Made by a program: the position numbers and the translations under genes
DNA from: Cladosporium halotolerans
Taxonomy: Eukaryota
Assembly (NCBI RefSeq): GCF_011745625.1
Contig: NW_027191486.1
Span: forward strand, 1 to 64,000
Direction: 5' to 3'
DNA: 64,000 nt
Shown: in pieces, positions 23,317 through 36,220 of the stretch
How positions within the stretch are numbered: position 1 is the stretch's first letter
How the letters are laid out: every line of letters begins with the position of its first letter
The notes under the pieces: model-generated
What the model was told of the DNA's origin: nothing
Seen by the model: only the letters and a program-made list of their open reading frames with translations
Databases searched by the model: none

Positions 23317-24629
23317 TCAAGGCGTCGGACTCTGCTGATGCGTGCTCGTCGCATTACTCCTCTGCGACGACTTCCGCCCACTCCACCGACTCCCAGACCA
23401 CGAGAACCCAGCACTCGACCCACGCGCCTTCACCTCCTCAGGTACATTACCACCCCGATCTTCCTGGTTAAGCAGCCCACCAACATCCTGGAACGTGACC
23501 TCAAAATCTCTCGAATACGCGATACTGTTGCTCGAGTGCTTAGAATTAACCAGCGAAGCTCTGTGACTCTCCCCTCGTGAGGACACGGGCACATGTTCAG
23601 CAGTCGCGAACGAGATGCCCCTCTCCGGCCTCAGCTGGAGTCTGTGGACCCCATAGCCGTAATCCGCACTCCCTCGCGGGCTCGTGGGAACGCCTGTATC
23701 CTTCCGCATTGTCGGCCTCTGCACAGGGAGGATCGAAGTCCTCGGTCTGCCTAGGATCCCGCTCGCGAATACCGAGAAGAACGGTTTGGCGCAAGGTACC
23801 GTGGCGGAGATGACGCTGATCTGACACGCGAACAGTGACATGACTTGCAGTCTGACGACTACGGCGGCAGGGTCGGAGCTGAAGACGCTGGAGTGGAGGA
23901 TGGGCAGTCGTACGGCGCTGGGCGGAATGATGAAGAGCCGGCAGGCGAAGGCGATGAGGACTTTGGCTTTCGTTTTGCGCGACATGGGGATGCCCCAGAC
24001 TAGTCGGACTGCACCAGCGAAGAGGGCGAGCTCCAGGACCCAGGAAAGCACTGCGGTGGCGAGCCTATGGCCCCACTTGATAGAAGTAAAGTCAGAAATA
24101 GGTCTTGCAAATGTGGACGCGGCAAGAGTGAGCTTACTCGGTCATGGCAATGTTTCCTAGACGAGGTGTCCCACGGATGAGGATAGCTGCACTGGAAGAC
24201 CGCCGAAACCTGCGCCTGGATCAACCACATGGTCATGGCTACCATCAGCGCGTAAGCCACCGCGAGGTGCTCTCTTGTCCTGGTGATGCGAGCTAGCAAG
24301 AAGCATGCCGAGATCTTGGAGAAATAGCCGGCGAAAGTGAGCAAGAAGCCATTGACCCAGCCGATGATGGCCAGGTTGTTCTTCTCCACGGATGATAGAT
24401 GGCGGAGTCGGAAGCCTAAGCCCAGAAAGACTTGCACCACGACAATCACCGAGTAGAAGAGCCCAAAGACGGTGCTTATCGCGCATGCCCAGTCATCTTT
24501 GCCAAATGGTCCGTTGACTTTGAGACGAAGGAATAAGCGGATGGCGAAGACTAAGATGAGATAGATAGCGGAGGTCACGGCGAGTACGATGACATACGCT
24601 GGTCCGGTCTCCAATCCGAAAGCAGGCAT
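23317..24629 (-). CDS. PTH11-like (fungal rhodopsin-domain) integral membrane protein; one intron near 24076-24137
   Basis: G.DDW motif, AVFQC..PHPWD..C, about 7 TM helices, VPCAKPF and a Ser-rich tail. Confidence 0.8.
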
Positions 24630-25083
24630 CAATCGGCTTGAATGACTAGTTTCATTTCCTAGGGGTGTAAAGGAGCTAGGCTGTGGAGAACATTCTGAAG
24701 TGAAGCTAGTCAAGCAATGAGCAGGCCCTCCCATGGTTCTTTCCGGCTACGTCTCTAGGATATCGTGCGCAAGTTTTGGTCCGTCGGGCTCAGGTGATGT
24801 ACCTTGTAGTGTATCCGGAAGTCGAATCTCGCGTGGCGCAGTATAGACGCACATGCACACAAGGGAGGAAGGGGCATCCTCGCAACTCGGTCCGACTTGC
24901 TCGGCGAAGAAGAACAAGATAAGCGCATGTGGTTATCGCATCAGAACGCACTCACAATCAACAACCCTCCCTCAAACTCCATACCCATTTACTATAGCCT
25001 AGCCTCGGCAGTCTCGTATCATTCACTCAATAATCCTATCTGGCAGAGCCGTATGGAGCACCTGTAATCCATCCATTGCGATC

Positions 25084-27012
25084 ATGGCCGACACAATCAA
25101 GCAACGGTCAATCTCGACCCGGCCGGAAAGCCCTATTCGATTTCGAAATGTTTTCGACGGAGAAGACGAAAAGGACCATGACGGTAATCATCATGACAAG
25201 ATGGATATGCAGCGGATGGGAAAACCGCAGCAGCTCAAACGAAACTTCGAGATGGTCTCCACTATCGGCTTCACGTCATGTGTCATGGGGTCCGTTACTC
25301 CTCAAGTTGTCCGCGATAGAAGCTGACTTGTTCGCAGAACGTAGGAAGTGCTTTTGGCAACAAGTGGTGTCAGCATGAAGAATGGCGGTCTTCCTGGCCT
25401 CTTCTGGTCTATGGTTTAGGTGACAATCGGACAATTCTTTGTAGGCCTTTTCAGCCCTAGAAAAGCCGTCCAAGCATTAACTTTCCATGCTGATCGCTCA
25501 ACAGGTAGTGCTCTCACTGGCAGAGTTGGCATCCTCCGCACCTACTGCTGGTGGACAATACCACTGGGTTTCTGAGTACGCCCCAGTCCGATGGCAGCGA
25601 GTTCTGTCCTACTGCTCTGGATGGCTTGGTATGGTGTCATGGCAGAGCATGATTGTCATCGACTGTTACATGGTTGCCGACATCATCCAGGCAGTTGTCC
25701 AGATTGCCCGGCCAGATTATGTCGCCACACGGTGGCGTGGGACGTTACTTACCATGGCTACTGGACTCGTTGTTTCTTCTTTCCATATTCTGTTAGCGAG
25801 CCATCTCTCCTGGTGCGAAGGCGTCTTTGCCACAATCCACTTCTTTGCCTTCGTTCCAGTTCTGGTGGGGCTCTTCGTCCTTGCTCCAAAACAGAGAGCG
25901 GCCGACGTCTTCCTCAATTTCACCGACGTCCACGGGAACTGGCCCGATAGGAGCATCGCAGTGCTAGTTGGCCAAGTGTCGAACTTTTTTGTCATGCTTG
26001 GAAGTGATGGTAAGATCCGCACGACGCAATCCATGAGTGGCTCACATCCGTATCTGGCGCTACTTTGTTGACACAGGTTGCTGATGTACGAACAGGCGTT
26101 GCTCATTTAGCAGAAGAAATTGAAGACGCGGGAATCATTCTTCCGCGGAGCATGCTCTACTCCTACTTTGTCAATGCCCCATTGACAGTACTGATGGCCG
26201 CGGTCTTCTGCTTCAGCGTCACCTCACTTCCGAAAGCGCTCGCAAGCCCGATGCCTTTCGTCACTGTGTTCCATGATGTGTTCCAAGAGCGAGATGCCGC
26301 AATCGCATTCTCAGCTGTTGTCTTGGCCCTGGTGACCATGGTTGCAGTGAGCGCCCTGGCGGCAACCTCACGCCAGATTTTCGCCTTTGCGTAAGTCTTG
26401 CGGTGCCTGACATACCCGCCAGCACAATGGAAGGGCAAAACCGACATAGACTCGAGCGCTGACTACGTTCTCAGTCGTGATAAAGGCCTTCCATATTCGG
26501 ACTGGCTCGCAACGATCGATGGCCGCTTTGACGTGCCCGTCAACACCATTATCATCACCTTCCTTTTCACATGCTGCATGTCCCTAATCAACCTAGGCAG
26601 CAAAGTCGCCTTCGAAGCCATGCTCAGCCTTGCAACCGTCGCACTAATGGCAACATACCTGATCTCAATTGGCTGTGTTCTCCTGAAACGAGTGCGAGGC
26701 GAGCCACTTCCGCCCGCGCGGTGGTCTTTGGGCCGCTACGGAACGGCTGTCAATGCGATTGCTGTGGTTCATACCGCTTGGTCGGTGAGTCTGCCTCAAT
26801 CCAGTAATAGTAGGTCATAGCCCACTGACATCGTCTTGCAGTTCTTCTGGGCCTTCTGGCCCTCGACATCTGACGTCCACAGTGGCACCTTCAACTGGTC
26901 ATGCGTGCTGTTCTTGATCTTCCTTGCATGCGCATTATTGACTTACCACCTTCACGCGAAGCACACCTACGAAGGACCAGCTTCTTACATCACGGCACGG
27001 GAGGAAGAATAA
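25084..27012 (+). CDS. APC-superfamily permease (HNM1/UGA4-like), six exons, with two in-frame TAG codons in exon 2; either recoded or a recent pseudogene
   Basis: LKRNF..STIGF..VMG|T*E..NGG..GLFWSMV*..GQFF|VVLSLAELASSAPTAGGQYHWV, AHLAEE, RQIFAFA|RDKGLP, YEGP. Introns 25290-25337, 25441-25504, 26010-26095, 26390-26474 and 26785-26841. Confidence 0.85.
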
Positions 27013-27268
27013 GGGACTGCTACAAGGGAGGCATTGCGCGAAGACATCCTTGATTGAATTGAGACCTACCGGCTAGTGCTTGCATGATGTCCCGCTTTTT
27101 TCTGTCGCCTAAGAACCTCCTGCAGAAAAGAAATTGGCACCCACCTGAACCTACCTTGCAGTCGAGCACGATGAAAGGGAAGCTTCCAAAGTGACAGCAT
27201 CTCAGGTTATTTCAACTGCCGACCATTATTTCTTTCCCAAGGCAGCGGCCCAGCGGCACTGAGCTGAT

Positions 27269-30200
27269 TTACTGGGAAAAGTAGTCGAGCTTCGGCTTCT
27301 TCGACATCTGCATAGTGGCGTCCGTCGGGGTCTTCGCCTCAGAGACAGTAGCCGGCGTATGAGGACCAGAATCCGCGGAGGATGCGGCGGCAATAGCAAC
27401 AGCCGTGAACCGCTCGTAGTCCTTCTCGATGCGCAGTTTCTCTTTCTGCATGTGCTGAAAATCACTGTTCGGATCGTTCTCCCAGTGCCTAACACAGACA
27501 TGACAATCAACAAAGAAGCCGTGGTTGGTGTGATAGCCCAGCATTTCCAATTCCGGAATGGATTCGTCGATCAAGCGAGCTGTATCCCATTGAAGACAAT
27601 CCTCGCAGAATCCCTTCTCACACCAACGGCAGCGATACATCAGGCCGCCGGCTTCGGTCGTCTTCTTCGTGCAGTCGAAGCATTCATGCTGAGGGCAATA
27701 GAAGTTGCCGGAAGAGATTCCCGCTTTGCCCTGCATTTCCTTGCTCAGGCAATCAACGTGGTAGCTGCGAGGGCAGCCACTGCAGCAGACGAGATCGCCA
27801 CCGTCCCAGCAGACTTGACAATGGTCCTGGCTGGTGATTGGTTTCTTCTTCGCCTTCTTAGGCTCAGCAAGACGCGGGTCCTTTCCAGCAAAAGTAGGCA
27901 CAGCCTCCCAATCAGCACATTCCATACTTTCCTTATTGATTGCAAAGCCATCTACCATTACGGTAGTGTTCTTGCCCAAACGGCGGTCAGCATGGTTGAG
28001 ATCCAGGGGCGCACCCACAGCCGAAGCAGCTTTGCCATGGTGTCTCTTGCCTTCGAAAATCGCTGTCTCGACCTTCTCAACGTTGTTGAGCCAAGCCTCC
28101 TCGTCAACATCAGGCTTCGCATCGGTATCCAGGTTGGTGGCAAGCGGATCCTGCTGTCTATCCTTGCACTTTTCCAGCGTTGTCTCCCAGTCCCAACCGA
28201 TCATCTCGTTGACATCGATCTCTGGAGTCACAAGAGTCTGCGCGCCGCGGCGAATCAGAGACTTAAGCTCAGACTTGTCAAGTTGCGGCGTGTCATCTTC
28301 GCCAGAGAAATCCTCGCCATGCTTGCGCTTGTTGCTCTGGCGGTCGGTGTGCAAGTTGCGCATGTTCCCAGTGACCTTGACAGACAAGTACATTTTCTTG
28401 CGAATGCGGCTCATCATCTGTTCTTCGACCGTGCCTTGAGTGCACAGCTTGTAAACGGTGACTTTCTGGGTTTGACCGATGCGATGCGAACGTGCCTCTG
28501 CCTGCAAAGTGACCTGCGGGTTCCAGTCTTCGTCCATGAATACCACCTCGGTGGCAGGTGTGAGGTTGATACCAAGACCACCGGCTCTAGTAGAAAGAAG
28601 CATGATGTTGCAGTTGGACTTCGGATCGTTGAACATGCGGATCGCAAGATTTCTCTTCGCGCGGACCGTGCTACCGTCAAGCCTCAAGTACTTGAGCGAG
28701 CCGGAACCGCTAGCGTTGCGAATGAACGCAAGGAGATCTTCGATAATATCCAGGGTCCTCGTCCAACCAGAGAAAATGAGGATCTTCTTTCCTTGCTTGA
28801 TGACCAACTCTTGCAACAACTTATCAAGGACAATGAACTTACCGGAAGCAATGCGCACGTGATTCCCGATCACGTACGGCTCAGGGCATGATCCAGGTAG
28901 CAGATACGGGTGAGAGCAGGCCTTGCGCAGCTGAACGAGCAAGTTCATCAGCTTGCGGTAATCCTTGTCGGATGATTCTGACGCCTGCATAGCATCGACC
29001 ATGATGTTCTTGCTGTCGGCCCAGATGTCGAGGTTGCCAGTATTCGAGGCGCCGTTCTGCGCGAGCGTCGGCTTCTGATCATCCGCGCTCGTTTGCTTCA
29101 CATCCTCTTCCGCCTTGACCTTACTGGCTTTGAACAAGTCTTCCAGTAGCAAAGTGTCGACTTTTGTTAGAAGTCGAGTATACCAAAATCTCTGCATCGG
29201 CGTGAGCGGAACGAACAGCAGGACCTCTTCCTTCGGCTCTAGGTCAAGATCCACACCTGGGCTGCTCTTCATGCGCCTTAGCATAATGAGCTCGAGTAAG
29301 CGGCGGGCGCTGTCCATGAACGATGTGGACGCTCTTCCTTTCGTCAGGTCGAACGCCTGCTGAAATCCTGTGGCAGTATCGGCGGTGAACACCTCGGGAA
29401 ACAGCCAGTGCAACAGCGACCATAGCTCTTGAAGGTTGTTCTGAAGCGGAGTTCCGGTCAAGATGAGGCGATGTTCGGCTTGCAGTGATTGCAGTGAGGT
29501 TGCCACATTCGTCCTCTCAGACTTGATCTTGTGTCCCTCGTCCAGAACAACGTAGCGCCAAACGAAAGCACTCTTGAACCAAGCCTGTTCAGACACGAAC
29601 ATTTCGTACGACGTGATGACAACGTCTACCGGGTTCGGATCCTCAGACAGGTCGATTGCATCGTTTTTGGACGTGCCCTTGGTTTGAACTCCGTATCTAT
29701 CGATAGCACCGAGAATCTCCCGCTTCAAACGGTCGCGTACTTGTTTCGTGCCGTGGAAAGTGATAGCTTTCAGTTCCGGGACCCACTTGGCCACCTCGGT
29801 AGTCCACGAAGGGAGGACACTGAGCGGGCAGATAACCAGAAAGGGTCTTTCTTCTTCCGAGGTCACCGGATCGGTGACCTTCAAGTATTGAAACAAGGAC
29901 AGTGTCTGCAGGGTCTTTCCGAGTCCCATTTCATCGCCCAAGACAGCTGACATGCCGTTGCGATACATGTGAACCAGGAATGACAAGCCCTCCATTTGGT
30001 ACGGCTTTACGATGGCTTTGATCCCTGTCGGCTGTGGCGATAGCGGATCTTTGGGAACGATCTCGGGATCTTGACCGTTGATCGCACGCTGTTTCTCCAG
30101 TCTTGCAATGTAATTGCTTGCTGGGAGAAGCGGTACAAAGAATTCCTTGTGCGCTAGTAGAAAGGTGTCGCGCTTTGGCTTAGTTTGGCTTGCAATCTCA

Positions 30201-30770
30201 TTTCTGATGAGATTGCGGGCAGTGGCGCGCTTCTTAGACTCCATTGGCGAAATACCGGTGCTAGGCGTTTTGGTAGTGAAAGGGTTGTTGGCGTCGGAGG
30301 CTATGGATTTCTTGTAGGTCCGATGGGTTATCGCGTAGCTGACAGTTTGCCTAGCGGCGCGCGTTGGCAATTGGCGAGTGGTAGGTACGGCTGGAACTGG
30401 AGCGCTGCCTTGCGGAGCGCCCGCAGCTTTGGCCTCTGTTAGTCGTCATTTTCCCTATATAGATAAGCTCAAACTTACCAGTGGCAGAGCCCTCAGAGGT
30501 CAAGGTCCCAGTGGTATCAATATTGGCCTTCGCGGGCGTTGGAGACTTAGGCAAGCTGGCGAAGCTCAATGGGCTTTCGCTGCTCACGCTGCTGGCCTTG
30601 TCGATCTGATGCTGCATTTCCTTCCTCATTTTGCTGACCGAAGCTGGCGAGGGTGAGGCACCAAAGGCGACGAGAAGATCCGAAAGCTTGGTAGGAGTCC
30701 TGGGTGTCCTTGGAGGAGACGCGCCAATGGACGCAGCCTTGCGCTGGTCGGGAGACTGTGAGTTCTCCAT
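27269..30770 (-). CDS. SNF2-family helicase with C-terminal PHD finger and second Cys-rich zinc module; intron 30436-30478
   Basis: LGDEMGLGKT, LDEGH, LTGTPLQNN, STRAGGLGINL, QAEARSHRIGQ; then CQVCWDGGDLVCC..CPRSYH..C and CPQHECFDC..CRWC..FCEDC. Confidence 0.9.
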
Positions 30771-31307
30771 AGTCGTCAATTGTTCACAGTATGTCGGTGT
30801 GCGGAGTTAGAAGAAGAAAACCGCGAACCATCACGAGTAGCCACGATAAGGCATGCATGCATTTTGGCATGTGATACTCGTCACATTTGACATGTGCCTT
30901 ACTGAGGGCGACTTTACCATGTCGACGACGTGTTGCTACAGCCTACATTGTGGTGATAATGGTTCAATTGGAACAATAGAGTATGACTTTGACTTACAAG
31001 CGGATCTTTACTGTTTCTAAATGCACATACATATGCATTGGATTGCTGAAATAAGAGATGCCAACTGAAGTGAACGGTTTCCTCGACTGTGAAGTGTAGA
31101 GCCTCGCGGATGTCTCCGGCGCGTGGTTGCCTGAGGCTTCAAGGCCCTTGACTCAGCCGAACTACAAATAGCGACAACGACCTCAACCTCAATACTCCCC
31201 TGCGCCTTGCGACCGCCTCCTGGCTCCAGAACAGCTTTACCAGACAACTCCGGGCTTGCCAGGAGGTACCATAGGCAGACAGAAGTACCCCTTGGACGAC
31301 CGACAAC

Positions 31308-31766
31308 ATGGCTACCGCAACCAACGCTACCTTCTACGAGCTGTACCGTAGCTCTTCGTAAGCATACATCTGTGGAGCGCAATTTTCCTTCAGACAACTG
31401 ACTGAGAACGCACAGTATTGGTCTCGCCCTTGCCGACACGCTCGATGACTTGATCTCGTCCCGCCGCATCGAGCCGCAGCTCGCAATGCGCATTCTCCAG
31501 AACTTCGACCAGAGCATCTCGACCGTGTTGGGGGACAAGGTGAAAGCTAGGATGACATTCAAGGTATGAACACATCTAGTTGCGATGCCTGAATTGTGAC
31601 ATGGCGCTGACAAGTCGCGCAGGGACACCTCGACACGTACCGCTTCTGCGACGAAGTCTGGACTTTCATCATCAAGGATGTCAAGTTCAAGCTGGATAAC
31701 ACCCACAACGTCGAGGCAGAGAAGGTTAAGATCGTCGCCTGCCAGAGCAAGGAGAAGGCTCAGTGA
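31308..31766 (+). CDS. TOA2: TFIIA gamma subunit; 2 introns
   Basis: [44 protein letters not shown]. Confidence 0.95.
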
Positions 31767-32409
31767 GCCCGTTGCTTGAGAGACGGATGGGAAAGTTAAG
31801 ACCATGCTACGAAAAGTCCAATTTCAAGGGAGGATGGTATACGACAACATCGTGGCGGACGATGTGAATATTGGCCGCTGAAACATAGAGCGGGCTCCTG
31901 TCTTCCGTATCGCCGGCACCGAGCGAATACCTTCAACAAGACTCAGAACGGAGTGGCACAGCATAAGAATATAATAAGCTGCTCGGTAGACAAGCACTGC
32001 CCTACGGTTTCATCAATGAAGCTTAAACGGACACATGTGTGCAGCGAAGGGGGAGCAGAGACTAGAACAAGATAATGATACCCATGCAGACCACGTCAAT
32101 CAGAGATGAAATGAACCAAGAGATTGAATCGAGAGCGTTCCAAGTGACAAAGTTCCTCCTCCATCACATTCATTTATTCATTAGCTTCTTCAGAAACATC
32201 CTTTTTCAAGGGCTTGCCCAACACTTCGTTTTTCGTGGTCCTCTGTACACATACATGCCAATGATGAAGCGCCAAGCGGCAGCGGGCTGGACTTCATCGT
32301 GGAACGTGGAGCCGACGCCAACAGCCATCGGGCTACAACACCACATCTCTCATATTACAGTCTATCCGCCCGGACGATCGAGCTCTCACAAGAGACACCA
32401 CTGAAAGAC

Positions 32410-33141
32410 ATGCCAACTCCACAAACGCAATGGCTCTTCTACGCCATCTCCTCCGGGGCCTGCGCAGCTCTCAACGGCGTCTTCGCCAAATTGACAACCA
32501 CCCAACTCACGACATCATGGGCAACAGGGCTCTCACACTTCTTCGGCCTGAAAAATGAAAGCATAGTATTCGAGCTGCTCGTTAGAGGCGTGCGTACTTC
32601 CTCGACACCTTACCATCTCTCAGCCCCTCTGACCTTAAATGCACAGTTCTTCTTCGCAATGAACCTCCTGTTCAACGCTATCATGTGGGGCCTTTTCACG
32701 CGCGCTCTCACGCTGGCGAGTAGTACGGTGCGCGTCAGTGTCATCAACACGAGTGCCAACTTCATGCTTACGGCGTTGTTGGGGCTGATCATCTTTCGCG
32801 AGACCTTACCCGGTAAGTCATCTTGATTACACATTTCCCTCACAACCGGACCTCAGGTTCTAACGCTCTACAATCCAGGACTATGGTGGCTCGGCGCAAG
32901 CTTCCTCGTCGCTGGGTCCGTGATCATCGGACGACGAGAGGAAGGCAAGGAATCCGGCGACGCAGGCACCGCTGGGACCGAAGCTACTGTCGCTGCGGGA
33001 GGTCAAGTCTACAGTGATGAACCGGACGCGCCGCTTGGGAGCCGAGCAGGTCAAGCTGTGGGCGGCGACCTTGAGTTGTCAAGTAGTGACAGACCGAGGA
33101 GCAGGAGTGCTGACAGAAGCGGCCGTCTCGTGGACGAGTAG
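32410..33141 (+). CDS. TMEM42-like small membrane protein; 2 introns
   Basis: SGACAALNGVFAKL, NAIMWGLF..AL, NTSANFMLTALLG..FRETLP|GLWWLG. Confidence 0.8.
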
Positions 33142-33390
33142 ACATGATAGATTTTGGCCTGCAAGCTCGCGAAAGATGATATTTACCCAACACATCCGCG
33201 CGTGCGAACATATTCCCAAGCTATACACCCGACACCGCGCACAACGCAGAGTGGGGGACATTACCGAAAGTTGAACCATTGAGAGAATGCACTTTTGCGC
33301 CACAGAATCGAACTCCGAGTGTCCATCTCGCATCCCAATTTCCCAGCGCCAATCTTCAATCCCTCGATCCAACTCCAATACCTCGCGAGC

Positions 33391-33893
33391 TCACGAGCTC
33401 TGCACCTTGTGGTCGCCTTGTACCGCCTGCGCATAAGTCGGCGGGACATCCGTGCTGGGGCGCGAAGACTCAGCAGGCGTAGGCGCCGAAGGGCCAACAA
33501 AGCCGTTCTGGTGGCCGGGGAACTGCGCGTTCGGCGTGCTGCCGTTCACGGTGCCGTATCCTTGCTGGCGAGGGCGCTGGCCGCCGGGCGCATATTGTGG
33601 CTGACCTTGCACGTAGTAGTAGGTCACACTGCCTTGCTCTTCGTCGCCGACTTGCTCATAGGTGGGGTCAGGTGTGATCGCGATGATGTACCAGGCGTGG
33701 AGGAGGCCGGGGAGGAAGCCGAGCACTGTCGAGTTTGTCAGATACGTTCGAAGATGTCCCCCTAGAGAGATGGCTTACTGCAAAGCGCGATGTTGATGAG
33801 GCTGTCTGCTGAGCAGAGGCCTCTCTTGACCCAAACCGCAATGGGCGGGAACAAGATTGCGATAAGGCCGAGAAAGATGTCGCTGCCGCACAT
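33391..33893 (-). CDS. Pmp3/SNA (UPF0057) proteolipid; 1 intron
   Basis: MCGSDIFLGLIAILFPPIAV..INIALC..LGFLPGLLHAWYII, with a PPTY motif near the C-terminus. Confidence 0.9.
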
Positions 33894-34691
33894 GGTTGTT
33901 GGTGTCGCTATGGAATCTTTTGGTGTGGTGTAGTCGCAGTGGAGAGGAGCGTCAGGTATGATTACAGAGGTTATTGTCCAGGTGTGTGGCGCAGAGCGTG
34001 AATGCTTCTGCCTTGAAGCGCGGCGCGGCTGTGCTGAAGAGGATGACGAAGGCGCAGCGCCAGTCGCAGGGAACGCGGGGGTGGAGCTGAAGGGCACGCG
34101 AGGCTCGGCGAACTGCGTTTGAGAGCGATCGTAAAGTAATGAAAACATCGCTCATGCGACCATGATTCTTTGTTTCGGACACAGGATGAAAATACGAACC
34201 GTCCAGGTTTTTCACCAATGCAAATCAATCGATCCCTAATTGTAGGATGAATGAGCTTGCACCTCAGCTATTGCGATTAATATTCTCCTAAGGCAATCTA
34301 ACAGTTGCGGTTTCGCTCAATCAAACGAACAAGACGATGTTGTCCGGTGATTTTTAAAGCATCGTGTCTTCAATCGTACCTTTCTGAATATATCATTAAT
34401 AAATATTACATCCATCTTGTAGACGCACGGACAATGATGAAGTGAACGGGCACGCGCTCTGTGTCAGCAAGCGCTGACGCTCGCCGCTCGCAAGCGTGGG
34501 GTTCGACGACCCTCCATCTGCACCTAAAGAAATTCTGCCCGATGAATCACGGCTCCATCTTCAGATCGCTCGCCCGAGCTACCCCGCCAAGAAGATATCC
34601 AAAACCACATCGTCTGCTGCATTGGCCGCGAGTTGTCCGACAGCAACGTACAACACTTCAAACACCCTCTCCAGTCCCTACCAGAAGAACC

Positions 34692-36050
34692 ATGGCTTCG
34701 ATCCACGTCGACGACAAGGTCAAGGACCTCATCAACAAGTCTTACCCGCAGGCCAAGGACGCCGGCGACGACCCTCACAAGCTCTCGACCACCGCCTTCC
34801 CTCACGTCGAGGTACGCCATAGAAAGACTGCAACGCTTCCCTGAGCGCCCTACTAACACCTACATCAGTACACCCAGCCCGAGAAGGCCGAAATCGAACA
34901 ATGGCTCATCACCTCCTCACACATCGCCTCCGCGACCGAAGACCCCGCCAAAACCGCAGAGCGCCTCTCCTCCCTCAACACCCACCTCTCTACGCGCTCC
35001 ACCCTGCTCGGCAGTAAGCCCTCGATCGCCGACGTGGGCATGTACGCGCGCCTGGCGCCTATTGTGAAGCTGTGGTCGCCCGAGGAGCGCACGGGCGAGC
35101 AGGGCTACCACCACATTGTCCGCCACCTGGACTTCGTGCAGAACGCGCCGATGTTCAGCCTGCAGGTTGCGCAGGACGAGAAGGTCGCGGTCGACCTCGA
35201 CAGCATCGTTGCGCCCGTCAAGACCTTTGACGCCAAAGCTGAGAAGGAGAAGAAGAAGAAGGAAAAGGCCGCGGCGGCCGCTGGTGAGGCTGCGCCGGCT
35301 GAGGAGAAGAAGCCCGTGAAGGAGAAGGCGAAGGAGGCTGGTGAGAAGGTCGCGGGCGCCGTCGCGGGCGCGGTGCAGGGCCAGAAGAAGGAGAAGAAGG
35401 AGAAGGCGCCGAAGCAGCCCAAGCCGCCCAAGGCCGCGGCGGTGGAGAAGCCTCTGTCACCGGCGATGATCGACCTGCGCGTCGGCCACATCCTCAAGGC
35501 CGAGAGGCACCCGAACGCGGACTCCCTGTACGTCAGCACGATCAACTGCGGCGACGCGCCCGGCACTGAGAACACCTCCGAGTACGAGGGCAAGATTGTC
35601 CGCACCGTCTGCTCTGGTCTCAACGGTCTGATTCCCCTGGAGGAGATGCAGAACCGCAAGGTCGTCACTGTCTGCAACCTCAAGCCCGTGACCATGCGTG
35701 GCATCAAATCGTGCGCCATGGTACTCGCTGCATCGCCCCGTCTCGCGCCTGGTGTTGAGGACAACCACGCCGGACCCGTCGAGCTCGTCAACCCGCCTGT
35801 CGCCGCTGAGGCTGGTGACCGCGTGTACTTCGACGGTTTCGAGGGTGAGCCTGAGCCTGTACTCAACCCGAAGAAGAAGGTCTGGGACTACTGCCAGGTT
35901 GGTTTCACGACGACCGAGAGCAAGGAGGTTGCTTTCGACGTTGCAGCCGTCGAGCAGATGAAGGACAGCGGCAAGACTGGCATCGCCACTCTTAAGACCA
36001 AGTCCGGCGTCTGCACTGTGCCTAACCTTGCTGGTGCCACCGTCAGGTAA
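34692..36050 (+). CDS. ARC1: tRNA-aminoacylation cofactor Arc1 (GST-like domain, Lys/Ala linker, EMAPII-like OB-fold); intron 34812-34868
   Basis: IDLRVGHI..HPNADSLYV, RTVCSGL, NLKPVTMRGIKS, LNPKKKVW. Confidence 0.92.
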
Positions 36051-36220
36051 AGGGAAAAGATAGAAGTGTGTCACGCGATATCATAGAAAACGCGCAATGA
36101 AATCAAACGAATGGAAAGCTAAGCTTCTGAGTCAAATAGCTAGTCACAAAGCAACCACATTTATCGTGACCACATCAAACTTATGACACGGCCGCTGGGT
36201 GTACCGGTCAATGTCCCTCC

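Noticed and set aside
27359..28891. 510-aa plus-strand ORF
   Set aside because: Antisense shadow of the SNF2 gene.
34434..34477. Box C (ATGATGA) and box D (CTGA) pair
   Set aside because: Only 44 nt, with no terminal stem and no recognisable guide.
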